Source: an uncultured Actinomycetota bacterium (lineage in GTDB: Bacteria > Actinomycetota > Actinomycetes > Mycobacteriales > CADCTP01). Taken from it: a stretch of DNA of 64,000 nt. The translations under genes were made by a program, and so were the position numbers. Shown here one piece after another: positions 15,298-24,654 of this stretch; the first letter of the stretch is position 1; every line of letters begins with the position of its first letter. The notes under the pieces are model-generated. The model was given only the letters and a program-made list of their open reading frames with translations. It was not told the origin of the DNA and searched no databases. The stretch spans positions 432,281 through 496,280 of the forward strand of contig CAWDLH010000008.1 in assembly GCA_963803135.1 (NCBI GenBank), in the 5' to 3' direction.

Positions 15298-16731
15298 ATG
15301 ACTACCGAGGACGTCCGATTCGGTGGGATGTTCGCCGTCAAGTCGGCCGACGCGCACCTCGAACACGCCGAGCGGGAGGGCAAGCTGCGCCGGGCGATCG
15401 GCCTCGGCGACCTCACCGCCCTCGGCCTCGGCGCGATCATCGGCACCGGAATCTTCGTCATCCTCGGCGAGGCGATCGGCGACGCCGGCCCGGCGATCGT
15501 GCTCTCGTTCATCCTCGCCGGCGTGACGTGCGCCTTCTCCGCGCTGTCGTACAGCGAGCTGGCCTCCTCGATCCCGATCTCCGGCAGCGCCTACACGTAC
15601 GCGTACGCGACGCTCGGGGAGCTGCTGGCCTGGATCATCGGCTGGGACCTGATCCTCGAGTACGGCGTGTCGGTGGCGGCGGTCGCGGTCGGCTGGGGCG
15701 AGTACCTCAACGAGCTGCTGGACACGCTGTTCGGCTTCACGCTGCCGGACGCGATCTCCCAGCCGCCGGGGGAGGGTGGCGTCGTCAACCTGCCCGCCGC
15801 ATTCCTGGTGCTGGCGGTGACGGGGGTGCTCATCCTCGGCGTGAAGGAGAGCGCCAGGGCCAACACGGTCATGGTGCTGATCAAGATCGGCGTGCTGGTG
15901 CTGTTCCTGGTCCTCGCGTTCACCGCGTTCAAGTCCGACAACATCCGCCCGTTCATGCCGCTGGGCTTCAGCGGGGTGAGCACGGCGGCGGCGGCGATCT
16001 TCTTCGCGTACATCGGGTTCGACGCGGTGTCCACCTCGGGCGAGGAGGTGAAGCGGCCGAGCCGGGACCTGCCGCTGGCCATCATCGGCTCGCTGGCGAT
16101 CGCCACCCTGCTCTACTGCCTCGTCGCCCTGGCCGCCACCGGCGCGCTCCCGTGGCAGCAGCTCAACGGTGCGGGCGCGCCGCTCGCGGTCGTGCTGTCC
16201 GAGGGCGTCGGCACGGCCTGGGGCGCCGGCGTGATCGAGATCGGCGCGCTGGTGGCGATCACCAGCGTCGTGCTCACGATCCTCTACGGCCAGACCCGGA
16301 TCATGTACGCGATGTCCCGCGACGGGCTGGTCCCCCGGGCGTTCTCGCGCACCGGCCGGCGGGCCACCCCGGCCGTGTGCACCGCGATGTTCGGCGTGCT
16401 CATCGCCGTGCTGGCCGCGACCGTGCCGCTCGAGATCATCTTCGAGCTGGTCAACATCGGCACACTGTTCGCGTTCGTGATCGTCAACATCGGCGTGATC
16501 GTGCTGCGGCGGACCCGGCCGGACCTGCCGCGCGGCTTCCGGGTGCCGTGGGTCCCGGTGGTGCCGATCATCGGTGCGCTGCTGTGCTTCTACCTCATGA
16601 AAGAGCTGACCGTGCAGACGTGGCTGCGGTTCGTCGTCTGGCTGGCGGTCGGCCTGGTGCTGTACTTCGCGTACGGGCGGCGGCACTCGCGCCTGCAGCA
16701 CGGCGAGACCGTGATCACGGACGAGACCTGA
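15298..16731 (+). CDS. APC-superfamily amino acid permease
   Basis: LGDLTALGLGAIIGTGIFVILGEA..., about 12 TM, 477 aa. GGAGG lies before ATG 15298. Confidence 0.9.
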   Translation: MTTEDVRFGGMFAVKSADAHLEHAEREGKLRRAIGLGDLTALGLGAIIGTGIFVILGEAIGDAGPAIVLSFILAGVTCAFSALSYSELASSIPISGSAYTYAYATLGELLAWIIGWDLILEYGVSVAAVAVGWGEYLNELLDTLFGFTLPDAISQPPGEGGVVNLPAAFLVLAVTGVLILGVKESARANTVMVLIKIGVLVLFLVLAFTAFKSDNIRPFMPLGFSGVSTAAAAIFFAYIGFDAVSTSGEEVKRPSRDLPLAIIGSLAIATLLYCLVALAATGALPWQQLNGAGAPLAVVLSEGVGTAWGAGVIEIGALVAITSVVLTILYGQTRIMYAMSRDGLVPRAFSRTGRRATPAVCTAMFGVLIAVLAATVPLEIIFELVNIGTLFAFVIVNIGVIVLRRTRPDLPRGFRVPWVPVVPIIGALLCFYLMKELTVQTWLRFVVWLAVGLVLYFAYGRRHSRLQHGETVITDET

Positions 16732-16773
16732 CCCCGCCGCGCCGCCGGGCGCCGGGCGGGGGACGATGGTCCG

Positions 16774-18945
16774 GTGACCCTGGTACGCCCGGTGGGCCTC
16801 GGCCTCGCCTCCCGCGGCACCGTTCGAGACGCCGTCGGCTTCGCCGAGCGCGCTCGGGCCGCCGGCTGCGAGTCGGTGTGGTTCCACGAGAGCTACTTCG
16901 AGCGCGACGCGGTGACCTACGCGACCGCCGTCGCCGCGGCGGTGCCCGACCTCGGCGTCGCGCTCGGCGCCCTGTCGACGTACGCGCGGCCGACCGCGCT
17001 GACCGCGATGACCGTGAGCGCGCTGGACGACCTCGCCCCGGGCCGGATCACGGTCGCGCTCGGCTCGGCGCTGCCGCTGCGGCTGGCCCAGATGCAGATC
17101 CCGTACGACCCGGACGCGGCGATCGAGGCGGTCCGGACCCAGCTGCACGACCTGCGGGCGCTGTGGCGGGGGGAGCGGCTGCCCCGCACCGGGGTGCCGG
17201 ACCTGGAGCCGATGTTCCCGCCGGTGCACCGGGTGCCGCTGTGGGTGGCCGGCTACCGGAAGGCGTTCCACCAGCTGGCCGGCGAGGCCGCGGACGGCTA
17301 CCTGGCCCGGCCGGCCGAGTCGGTCCCGGCGATCCGGATCGCCGGGGAGCGGATCGCGGCCGCGGCCCGGAGCGCGGGGCGCGAGCCGGACGACGTCGCG
17401 ATCGGCGGCTACCTGCTCTCGCTGATCGACTCGTCCCGGCGGGCGGCGCTGGACCGGGCCAAGCGGGAGCCGTTCGTGATCTACATGCTCGCCGTGCAGT
17501 CGGACACCGCGATGCGCCGGGTCGGGCTCGATCCGGAGCTCAAGGCGCGGGTGTTCGCGGCCTGGCGGGCCGGCGACTACCACCGCGCGGCCGGGCTGAT
17601 CCCGGACGAGCTGGTCGACGCGTTCATCCTGTGCGGCACTCCGGAGGAGGTCGCCGCCCGGACCGCGCAGTACGCGGACGCCGGCATGACGCTGCCGGTG
17701 CTGCAGCCGGTGCTGCAGGAGGAGGACCAGGTCGAGGCCGTGCTGCGGGCGGCGGTGGAGTACGGCTCGGGCCGGGCTGTGGCGGTCGAGCCGGTCTTCG
17801 ACGTCACCGGGTCGGGCGCGCCGGCCGACGGGCCCGGTGCGCTGGCCGGCGGGTCGGGTGCGGCCGGGTCGGGGCGCCCGGCGGCCGGGTGGGGTGCGGC
17901 CGGCCCGGGCCGCCTGGCGGCCGGGTCGGGTGCGGCCGGGCCGGGTCGCCTGGCGGCCGGGTCGGGCGCTTCGGGGTCGGGCCGCCTGCCGGCCGGGTCG
18001 GGTGCCGTGGCCGGCGGGCTGGCGGCACGCTCGACCGACCGGGTGCCGCTCGGGCGCCGGGTCCGCAACCTGGTCGAGATCACCCGCCCGTTCGCGCTGA
18101 CCGCGTCGATCGTGCCGATCTGCGCGGCCGGCGCGCTCTCGCTGCTGGACGGGCTGATGCACTGGGGCCTGTTCGGGCTGGCGCTGGTCGCCGGGATCCT
18201 GCTGCAGGTCGGCACCAACGTGATCAACGAGGTGTACGACGTCCGGAAGGGCATCGACTCGATCACCTCGCCGCGGGCGTCGCAGGCGCTGGTGACCGGG
18301 CGGGTGACCGAGAAGGACGCGTTCCGGCTGGCGTACGCGGCCTTCGCCGTCTGCGCGGCCCTGGGGATCGTCATGGTCGCCGTCCGGGGCTGGCCGCTGC
18401 TGCTGATCGGCGCGTTCGGCCTGGTGATGGGCTGGGGCTACACCGCCCCGCCGCTGCAGTACAAGTACCGGGCGCTCGGGCTGCCGCTGGTCTTCCTGCT
18501 CATGGGCCCGCTCATGGTGGTCGGCGCGTACTACGCGGTGACCGGGCAGTGGTCCTGGCAGGCGGCGGTGGCGAGCGTGCCGATCGGGCTGCTGGTGACG
18601 GCGATCCTGCACGGCAACGAATGGCGGGACATCGGCGAGGACGCCCGGGCCGGGATCCGGACGCTCTCGATCAGCGCCGGCCGCTCGGTCGCGCACTGGA
18701 TCTACGTCGTGCTGCTGGTCGGGGCGTACGTGACGCTCGCGCTCGGGGTGGCCTTCGACCTGCTGCCGCGGCTGTCGCTGCTCGCGGTGCTGTCGATGCC
18801 GCTGCTGGTGCAGGCGCTGCGGGCGTCCGAGCTGGGCGCGACCGGGCAGCAGCGGGAGATCGCGATGATCGACCGGAACACCGCCCGGCTGCACGCGGCG
18901 TTCGGGGCCCTGTTCGTACTCGGACTGGCGGTGGCGTCGGCATGA
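16774..18945 (+). CDS. Single ORF fusing an LLM-class (F420-type luciferase-like) oxidoreductase to a UbiA/MenA-family prenyltransferase through a Gly/Ala/Ser repeat linker
   Basis: Residues about 1-335 are LLM-like (ESVWFHESYFERDA..., PLWVAGYRKAF..., FILCGTPEEVAARTAQYADAGM). Residues about 425-723 are a polytopic UbiA domain with NVINEVYDVRKGID and NEWRDIGEDARAGIRTL Asp-rich motifs. No stop separates them. Confidence 0.8.
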   Translation: MTLVRPVGLGLASRGTVRDAVGFAERARAAGCESVWFHESYFERDAVTYATAVAAAVPDLGVALGALSTYARPTALTAMTVSALDDLAPGRITVALGSALPLRLAQMQIPYDPDAAIEAVRTQLHDLRALWRGERLPRTGVPDLEPMFPPVHRVPLWVAGYRKAFHQLAGEAADGYLARPAESVPAIRIAGERIAAAARSAGREPDDVAIGGYLLSLIDSSRRAALDRAKREPFVIYMLAVQSDTAMRRVGLDPELKARVFAAWRAGDYHRAAGLIPDELVDAFILCGTPEEVAARTAQYADAGMTLPVLQPVLQEEDQVEAVLRAAVEYGSGRAVAVEPVFDVTGSGAPADGPGALAGGSGAAGSGRPAAGWGAAGPGRLAAGSGAAGPGRLAAGSGASGSGRLPAGSGAVAGGLAARSTDRVPLGRRVRNLVEITRPFALTASIVPICAAGALSLLDGLMHWGLFGLALVAGILLQVGTNVINEVYDVRKGIDSITSPRASQALVTGRVTEKDAFRLAYAAFAVCAALGIVMVAVRGWPLLLIGAFGLVMGWGYTAPPLQYKYRALGLPLVFLLMGPLMVVGAYYAVTGQWSWQAAVASVPIGLLVTAILHGNEWRDIGEDARAGIRTLSISAGRSVAHWIYVVLLVGAYVTLALGVAFDLLPRLSLLAVLSMPLLVQALRASELGATGQQREIAMIDRNTARLHAAFGALFVLGLAVASA
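17842..18021 (+). repeat. Five in-frame copies of a 36-bp unit (LAAGSGAAGPGR-like) forming the inter-domain linker
   Basis: Units start at 17842, 17878, 17914, 17950 and 17986. Confidence 0.85.
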
Positions 18946-19580
18946 AGCTCCCCGAGCGGCCCCCCGGTGCGGTGACCGCCGCGTCCGTCGCCGCCGCGTA
19001 CGGCGCCTTCGCCGCGGTCTTCCGGGGTCCGCGGCCGAGGTTCTGGCCGCGGATGACCCGCACCGGTCTCGGCCTCGGCGCGCTCGCCCTGGCCACCGAA
19101 GGCGACCTGCGGCGGATGGTCCCGCGTCCCCGCGACGTCGCGCTCGGCCTCGGTATCGCCGCCGGCCTCTACGGGGTGTTCCAGGTCGGTGACCGGGCCG
19201 CCCGGATGGTCATGCCCAAGGGCGGCGAGGACATCGGCGACATCTACCGGCTGCGGTCGCTGCGACCGAAGGGGGAGATCGCCGCCCGGCTGGCGGCGGT
19301 CATCGGCCCGGCCGAGGAGCTGTACTGGCGCGGTCTCGTGCAGGCGGAGCTCACCCGCCGGCTCGGACCGGTGCGCGGCGCTGCCGCGGCGGCCGTCATC
19401 TACGGCGGGGCGCACCTTTCGACCGGGAACCCGACGCTGGTCGGGGCGGCGACCGTGGCCGGTGGGACGTGGTCGGCGCTGGCCGCGCTCGGCGTGCCGA
19501 TGCCGGCGCTGATCGTCAGCCACGTCGTCTGGGACATCTGGATCTTCCTGGTGCAGCCGACCCAGGCGGTCCCGGACTGA
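18942..19580 (+). CDS. CPBP (CAAX/Abi) family intramembrane glutamic protease
   Basis: EELYWRG (EExxxR motif), downstream GGAHL and HVVWD His motifs, polytopic. ATGA overlap with the upstream fusion gene. Confidence 0.8.
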   Translation: MKLPERPPGAVTAASVAAAYGAFAAVFRGPRPRFWPRMTRTGLGLGALALATEGDLRRMVPRPRDVALGLGIAAGLYGVFQVGDRAARMVMPKGGEDIGDIYRLRSLRPKGEIAARLAAVIGPAEELYWRGLVQAELTRRLGPVRGAAAAAVIYGGAHLSTGNPTLVGAATVAGGTWSALAALGVPMPALIVSHVVWDIWIFLVQPTQAVPD

Positions 19581-19759
19581 TCCGGCCGCGGACTGACCCG
19601 GCGGACTGACCCGGCCGCGGACTGACCCGGCCGCGGACTGACCCGGCCGCGGACTGACCCGGCCGCCGACTGACCCGGCCGCGGACTGACCCGGCCGCGG
19701 ACTGACCCGGCCGCGGACTGACCCGGCCGCGGACTGACCCGGCCGCGGCGTGACTCCGG
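19574..19759. repeat. About 11.5 tandem copies of a 16-bp unit GGACTGACCCGGCCGC
   Basis: Read directly. The first unit contains the CPBP stop codon (GGACTGA, 19574-19580). One 13-bp unit and one C-for-G variant are present. Confidence 0.95.
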
Positions 19760-19804
19760 TGGTGGCCGGACCGCGGTCGCGGCCGGGCTTGCCGCGGGCC
19801 GCGA

Positions 19805-20068
19805 TCAGAGCAGCATGACCGCCAGCACGCCGAGCACCATGCCGACCACGGCGACGATCAAGCCGGTCTTCCAGCGCAGCTCCCGCCGGCCCCGGGCGAC
19901 GAGAGCGAGCGCGATGCCGAGCACGCCGAAGATGAGCCAGGAGATGGCGAACGCGAGGATCCCGCAGGCGATCGAGATGTAGGAGAACGTGTTCGGCGGG
20001 GCGACGGCGTCGGGAGCGGAGCCCGGGTCCTGTGCCGTCACCCGGCCAAGGTACCGGACGGCACCCAA
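19805..20068 (-). CDS. Small two-TM membrane protein (DUF4190-like)
   Basis: FSYISIACGILAFAISWLIFGVLGIALALVARGRRE...LIVAVVGMVLGVLAVMLL. Start uncertain: TTG 20068 or GTG 20041. Confidence 0.6.
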   Translation of the reverse strand: MGAVRYLGRVTAQDPGSAPDAVAPPNTFSYISIACGILAFAISWLIFGVLGIALALVARGRRELRWKTGLIVAVVGMVLGVLAVMLL

Positions 20069-20086
20069 GGGATGGTCAACGGCCGG

Positions 20087-20518
20087 TCAACGGACCGCGG
20101 TGAGGACCACCACAGGGATCTCCCGCTCGGTCTTCGCCTGGTAGTCGTCGTAGGCCGGCCACACCGCGGTGACCAGCGGCCACAGCCGCCGGCGCTCTTC
20201 GCCGGCCGCGGTCCGCGCGGTCGCGTCGAACTCCTCCGCGCCGACCTGGACGTGCACGTGCGGGTCGGTGTCGAGGTTGCGATACCAGGCCGGGTGGCCG
20301 GCCGACCCGCCGTTGGAGGCGACGACCAGGTGGGTGTCGCCGTCCCGGGCGTAGATGAGCGCGGTGCGCCGGCGCAGGCCGGTCTTGTTGCCGGTGGTGG
20401 TGAGCAGCAGCGTCGGCACGCCGGGCTTCCACTCGTGCCCGTCCGTGCCGCCGGATGCCACGTACCGCTTGATGTGCTCGTTGACCCAGCCCTTCGGGCT
20501 GTCGGTGATCTCGGTCAT
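20087..20518 (-). CDS. Deazaflavin (F420)-dependent nitroreductase family protein (Ddn-like)
   Basis: GWVNEHIKRY..., LLLTTTGNKTGLRRRTALIYARDGDTHLVVASNGGSAGHPAWYRNL..., EIPVVVL. Confidence 0.9.
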   Translation of the reverse strand: MTEITDSPKGWVNEHIKRYVASGGTDGHEWKPGVPTLLLTTTGNKTGLRRRTALIYARDGDTHLVVASNGGSAGHPAWYRNLDTDPHVHVQVGAEEFDATARTAAGEERRRLWPLVTAVWPAYDDYQAKTEREIPVVVLTAVR

Positions 20519-21234
20519 CCCGCCTCCTCTCGGACTTCGCAGCTGCCGTCGGCGCAGGCGTCCCCGTCCTGGCCGGTCCCCACCATGGCCAGCGGGTGGG
20601 CGGCCGCGTACGCCTGGCGCAGCGCCTCGAGCAGCAACTCGGCCGGCTGCGCGCCGGACACGCCGAACGTGCGGTCCAGCACGAAGAACGGCACCGCGGA
20701 GATGCCCAGGGCCCGCGCGGTGGCCTGGTCCTCGCGGACGTCGGCCAGGTATGTGTCGGACTCCAGCACCGAGCGGGCCTCGCCCTCGTCCAGCCCGGCC
20801 CGGCCGGCCAGCCGCACCAGCGCGTCGACGTCGCCGATCGGCTCGCCCTCGGTGAAGTACGCCAGCAGGAGGCGCTCCTTGAGCTCGGCCTGCCGGCCGC
20901 GGTCGGCGGCGAGGTGCAGCAGCCGGTGCGCGTCCACGGTGCTGCCCGGCCGGGCCCGGTCGAACCGGAAGTCGAGGCCCTCGCCGGCCGCCTGCTCGAT
21001 CACCCGCTGCTGCATGGCCTCGGCCTGGGCCAGCGGAATCCCGTACTTGTCGGCGAGCCGCTGGGTGGCGTTGCCGTCGACGGTGCGGGGCGTGGTCGGA
21101 TCGAGCTCGAAGCTGCGGAAGCGCACCTCGACCTCGTCGCGGTGCTCGAACTGCGCGAGCGCGGTCTCGAACCGCCGCTTGCCGATCGCGCACCACGGGC
21201 ACACCACGTCCGACCAGATCTCGACCTGCACCAT
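20515..21234 (-). CDS. DsbA-family (FrnE-like) thiol oxidoreductase
   Basis: VEIWSDVVCPWCAIGKRRFE (CPWC active site), ...ISAVPFFVLD. ATGA overlap with the Ddn-like gene. Confidence 0.9.
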   Translation of the reverse strand: MVQVEIWSDVVCPWCAIGKRRFETALAQFEHRDEVEVRFRSFELDPTTPRTVDGNATQRLADKYGIPLAQAEAMQQRVIEQAAGEGLDFRFDRARPGSTVDAHRLLHLAADRGRQAELKERLLLAYFTEGEPIGDVDALVRLAGRAGLDEGEARSVLESDTYLADVREDQATARALGISAVPFFVLDRTFGVSGAQPAELLLEALRQAYAAAHPLAMVGTGQDGDACADGSCEVREEAG

Positions 21235-21302
21235 GCGCTCCTGTGGTCCGGAAAGTACTTCTCTGGACAAGAACCGGTCCGGCCGGCCGGGTCTTCCCCG
21301 GG

Positions 21303-24300
21303 TCAGCTGCGCGGCGGCAGCTGTGGGGGGCGGCGGGAGGGACGGGTGGACCGGTCGGGCGGGGTTGCCGCCGGGCGGGTCTCCAGCGCCTCCAGCACCA
21401 TCCGCACCGCGGTCTCCAGCTGCGGATCCCGGTCGGCGGCCCAGTCCTGCGGGGCGATGTCGACCTCGACGTCGGGGTCGACGCCGTGGTTCTCGATGCC
21501 CCAGCCGGAGCCCTCGAACCACAACGCATACCGCGGCTGGGTCACCGTCGTCCCGTCGACCAGCGCGTAGCGCCCGTCGATGCCGATCACACCGCCCCAG
21601 GTGCGGGTGCCGACCACCGGGCCGATCCCGTAGAGCGTGAAGCCGGCGGTGACGATGTCGCCGTCGGAGCCGGCGTGCTGGTTGGTCACCGCGACGATCG
21701 GGCCGTGCGGCGCGTTGGCCGGGTAGGTGACAGCCGGGTTGCCGCGCGGGTTGTCCCAGCCCTTCACCGTGCGGGCGAGCTTCTCCAGCACCAGCTCGGA
21801 GGTGTGCCCGCCGTTGTTGTCCCGGACGTCGACGACCAGGCCTTCCCGGGCGACCTCGAGGATCAGGTCGCGGTGCAGCTGGGCCCAGCCGTTGGCGACC
21901 ATGTCCGGGATGTGCAGGTAGCCCACCCGGCCGCCGGACAGCTCGTGGGTCGCGGCCCGCCGGCCGGTGACCCAGGCCTGGTAGCGCAGCGCCTTCTCGT
22001 CGTCGAGCGGCAGCACCACGACCCGGCGCGGGTCACCCCCGCCGGCGGGCCGCACGGTCAGCTCGACCGGCACGCTGGCGGCGCCGGCCAGCAGCGGCGC
22101 CGGCCCGAGCCGCGGGTCGACCGGCCGGCCGTCGACGGCGAGGATCTCGTCGCCGGCCCGGACCGCCACGCCCGGCGCGGACAGCGGCGCCCTGGCCCCG
22201 CGCACCGACGACTCGCCCGGCAGCACCCGCGTCACCCGCCAGCGGTCGCCGTCCCGCTCCAGGTCGGCGCCCAGGTGGCCGAGCACCCGGCCCGGCTCGA
22301 CCGGCAGCGACGGCGGCATCTCGTACGCGTGCGAGCTGCCGAGCTCGCCGATCACCTCCCAGAACAGCTCGGACAGGTCGTCGCGGGTGGCCACCCGGTC
22401 GAGCAGCGGACGGTATTTGGCCAGCACGGCGGGCCAGTCCACGCCGGCCATGTCCTCGGTCCAGTAGTGGTCGCGCATGAGCCGGCCGGCTTCCTCGTAC
22501 ATCTGCCGCCACATCGCGGCCGGGTCGACCTGGCCGCGCAGCCGGCGCAGGTCGATCTCGACCACCGCGTCCCGGTCGCCGTCGGAGTCGGGCTCGACCC
22601 GGCGGTCGGACGGCACGAGCCGCAGCCCGTCGCCGTCCCGGACCAGCAGCCGGCGGCCGTCGCCGGTCACCTCGTAGCCGTCGAGCTCGCCGACCAGCGT
22701 CGCCGGCCGGCGCTTGGCGAAGTCCCAGCGCTGCAGCTTCGGCCGGCCGCGCTCGCCGTCCGCGGTGGCCCGGTCCTCGCCGAGCAGGCCGGCCTGCGGG
22801 GTCTCCAGCCAGACCAGCCCGCCGCGGACCGCGCGCAGGCCGCTGGCCCGGGCGGTCGCCACCGGCACCGGCACCACCCGCTGGTCGATGGCCTCGGCGT
22901 CCAGGAGCACCGGCTGCGGCGGGGCGGTGCCCTCCCCGCCGCCGTCCCCGCCGCCGTTGCCGCCCTCGCCGCCCTCGTCCGCGGTCGGCCGGCCGGCCGA
23001 CTCGGGGTGGAACGGCGACGGCGTGGTCGCGCCGAGGGGCACCACGTACGGGCGGGTGCCGCCGAGGAAGGACAGGTCGAAGACCCAGTCGTCGTACACC
23101 GGGTCGAGCGTGCGGGTGGACAGGAAGGCGAGATGCAGGCCGTCGAGGGTGAACACCGGGTCGGTGTCGACGAACCGCAGCCGCGTGACCTCGACGGTCG
23201 CGGCCGGGTCGGCAGGGCCGTCGGCGACCCGGCGGGCGAGAATCTGCCGCAGGTTTTCCGCGCCCGGGTGTGACCAGGCCAGCCAGGCCGAGTCGGGCGA
23301 CCAGGCCAGGCCGGTGGCGTCGCCGTGCTCGGCCCGGGCGATCTCGCGGACCTCGCCGGCGGCCACGTCGGCGACCAGCACCCGTCCGTCGTGCGCGGCC
23401 AGGCCGAGCCGGGAGCCGTCCGGGGCGGCGGCCAGCTCCAGCACCCGGCCGAGCTGCCCGCCGCCGAACCGCCTGGCCGGCGCGCTGCCGTCGGCCGGAC
23501 CGACCTCGATCGCGTCGTCGCCGTCGGCGTCGGTGATCCAGGCCACCTGGGGCACCGTGTGCTCCGCGGTGGCCGCCGGGCCGAGCACCTGGGGCAGCCG
23601 GGCCCGTACGCCCGGGGTGTCGGCCAGCGTCGGGGCCGGACCGTCCCGGCTGGTCAGCCAGTGCACGGTGCCGAGCACCTCGACCGCGCTGGCCCGGCCG
23701 GTGCGGTCGACGGAGAAGTCGCCGATCTTGTCGCCCGGGCCGAGCGGGCGGGGCCGGCGGCCGGTGCGCGGGCCGGCCAGCTCCACCTCGAGCATCCGCG
23801 GCGCGCCGTCCAGCGAGTCGAGCAGCCAGAGGTCGCCGTGCACCTGCCAGACCAGCCGGGTGCCGTCGGTGCGCAGGGCTCGCGCGTACGCATCGCCGTG
23901 GTCGCTGTGCCGGCGCAGGTCGGTGCCGTCCGGGCGGACCGAGTAGACGTTGCCCCAGCCCTCGTGGTCGGAGATGAACACGACCCGGTCGCCGACCCAG
24001 TCGGGGTCCTCGAGCTGGGCCGGGTTGTCGCCGAGCAGCCGCTCGAACGCGCCGCCGCCGTCCCGGTCGATCCAGAGCTTGCCGGCCGTGCCGCCGCGGT
24101 AGCGCTGCCAGGTCCCGCCGGCCCGCCGCTGGTCGGTGCCGAGCACGACCGCGCCGCCGGGACCGGGGGAGACCGCGTAACACGGCCCGTACGGCAGGCG
24201 CTCGGGGCCGGCCGAGCCGTCCAGCGGGAGCGCCCAGGACCAGACCCGGCTGCGGAACGGCTCGCCCGCCGAGGTGCTGGCGACCACCCGGCCGTCGGGC

Positions 24301-24590
24301 AGCCAGCCGGCGACCCGGGTGTGCGGGTCGCCCCAGAAGGTCAGGCGGGTGGACGGGCCGCCCGCGACCGGCACCGCGTGCACCTCGGGCGCGCCGTCCC
24401 GGAAACTGGTGAACGCGACCGTCGCACCGTCCGGAGACAGCCGGGTCCCGGCCACCGGCACGCCGTCGGCGGTCAGCCGCCACGCCCGGCCGCCGGCGGC
24501 GTCGGTCAGCCAGACGTCGTTCTCGGCGACGAACGCGATCCGGTCGCCGCGGATGCTCGGGAAGCGCAGGTACGCCCGTTCTGCAGTCAC
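21303..24590 (-). CDS. Tricorn-protease-like S41 peptidase with N-terminal beta-propellers
   Basis: 1095 aa. YLRFPSIRGDRIAFVAENDVWL, repeated SPDG/PDG propeller blades, a PDZ-like middle region, and a C-terminal S41 core (...VAVTNQHAGSDGDIV...). Confidence 0.9.
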   Translation of the reverse strand: MTAERAYLRFPSIRGDRIAFVAENDVWLTDAAGGRAWRLTADGVPVAGTRLSPDGATVAFTSFRDGAPEVHAVPVAGGPSTRLTFWGDPHTRVAGWLPDGRVVASTSAGEPFRSRVWSWALPLDGSAGPERLPYGPCYAVSPGPGGAVVLGTDQRRAGGTWQRYRGGTAGKLWIDRDGGGAFERLLGDNPAQLEDPDWVGDRVVFISDHEGWGNVYSVRPDGTDLRRHSDHGDAYARALRTDGTRLVWQVHGDLWLLDSLDGAPRMLEVELAGPRTGRRPRPLGPGDKIGDFSVDRTGRASAVEVLGTVHWLTSRDGPAPTLADTPGVRARLPQVLGPAATAEHTVPQVAWITDADGDDAIEVGPADGSAPARRFGGGQLGRVLELAAAPDGSRLGLAAHDGRVLVADVAAGEVREIARAEHGDATGLAWSPDSAWLAWSHPGAENLRQILARRVADGPADPAATVEVTRLRFVDTDPVFTLDGLHLAFLSTRTLDPVYDDWVFDLSFLGGTRPYVVPLGATTPSPFHPESAGRPTADEGGEGGNGGGDGGGEGTAPPQPVLLDAEAIDQRVVPVPVATARASGLRAVRGGLVWLETPQAGLLGEDRATADGERGRPKLQRWDFAKRRPATLVGELDGYEVTGDGRRLLVRDGDGLRLVPSDRRVEPDSDGDRDAVVEIDLRRLRGQVDPAAMWRQMYEEAGRLMRDHYWTEDMAGVDWPAVLAKYRPLLDRVATRDDLSELFWEVIGELGSSHAYEMPPSLPVEPGRVLGHLGADLERDGDRWRVTRVLPGESSVRGARAPLSAPGVAVRAGDEILAVDGRPVDPRLGPAPLLAGAASVPVELTVRPAGGGDPRRVVVLPLDDEKALRYQAWVTGRRAATHELSGGRVGYLHIPDMVANGWAQLHRDLILEVAREGLVVDVRDNNGGHTSELVLEKLARTVKGWDNPRGNPAVTYPANAPHGPIVAVTNQHAGSDGDIVTAGFTLYGIGPVVGTRTWGGVIGIDGRYALVDGTTVTQPRYALWFEGSGWGIENHGVDPDVEVDIAPQDWAADRDPQLETAVRMVLEALETRPAATPPDRSTRPSRRPPQLPPRS

Positions 24591-24654
24591 CGGGACAACC
24601 TATCCAGTGACACCGACGCATTTGTCCGCAGGCCGGATTGGGTAGGAAGCCGGC

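Noticed and set aside
15172-18894. Upstream two-thirds of the 1572-aa minus-strand ORF 14176..18894
   Set aside because: Only the last 996 nt (14176-15171, the SMP-30-like gene with its own ATG) look like a protein family. The rest is antisense to the permease and the LLM-UbiA gene and is low-complexity R/P/G/D.
15528-18941. Upstream part of the 1350-aa plus-strand ORF 15528..19580
   Set aside because: It is an alternative frame of the permease and LLM-UbiA genes with Arg/Gly/Pro composition. Only the final 639 nt (the CPBP protease from ATG 18942) are supported.
16774-18945. Splitting the LLM and UbiA domains into two genes (internal GTG near 18043)
   Set aside because: No in-frame stop exists anywhere between the domains in the sequence as given. 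I therefore report one ORF and flag the fusion as a finding rather than inventing a boundary.
19574-19759. Possible CRISPR array (also considered for 54075-54367, 41937-42180 and 9716-9888)
   Set aside because: The units are contiguous with no unique spacers between them, are 9-27 bp long, and have no cas genes nearby. These are simple tandem repeats, not CRISPR.
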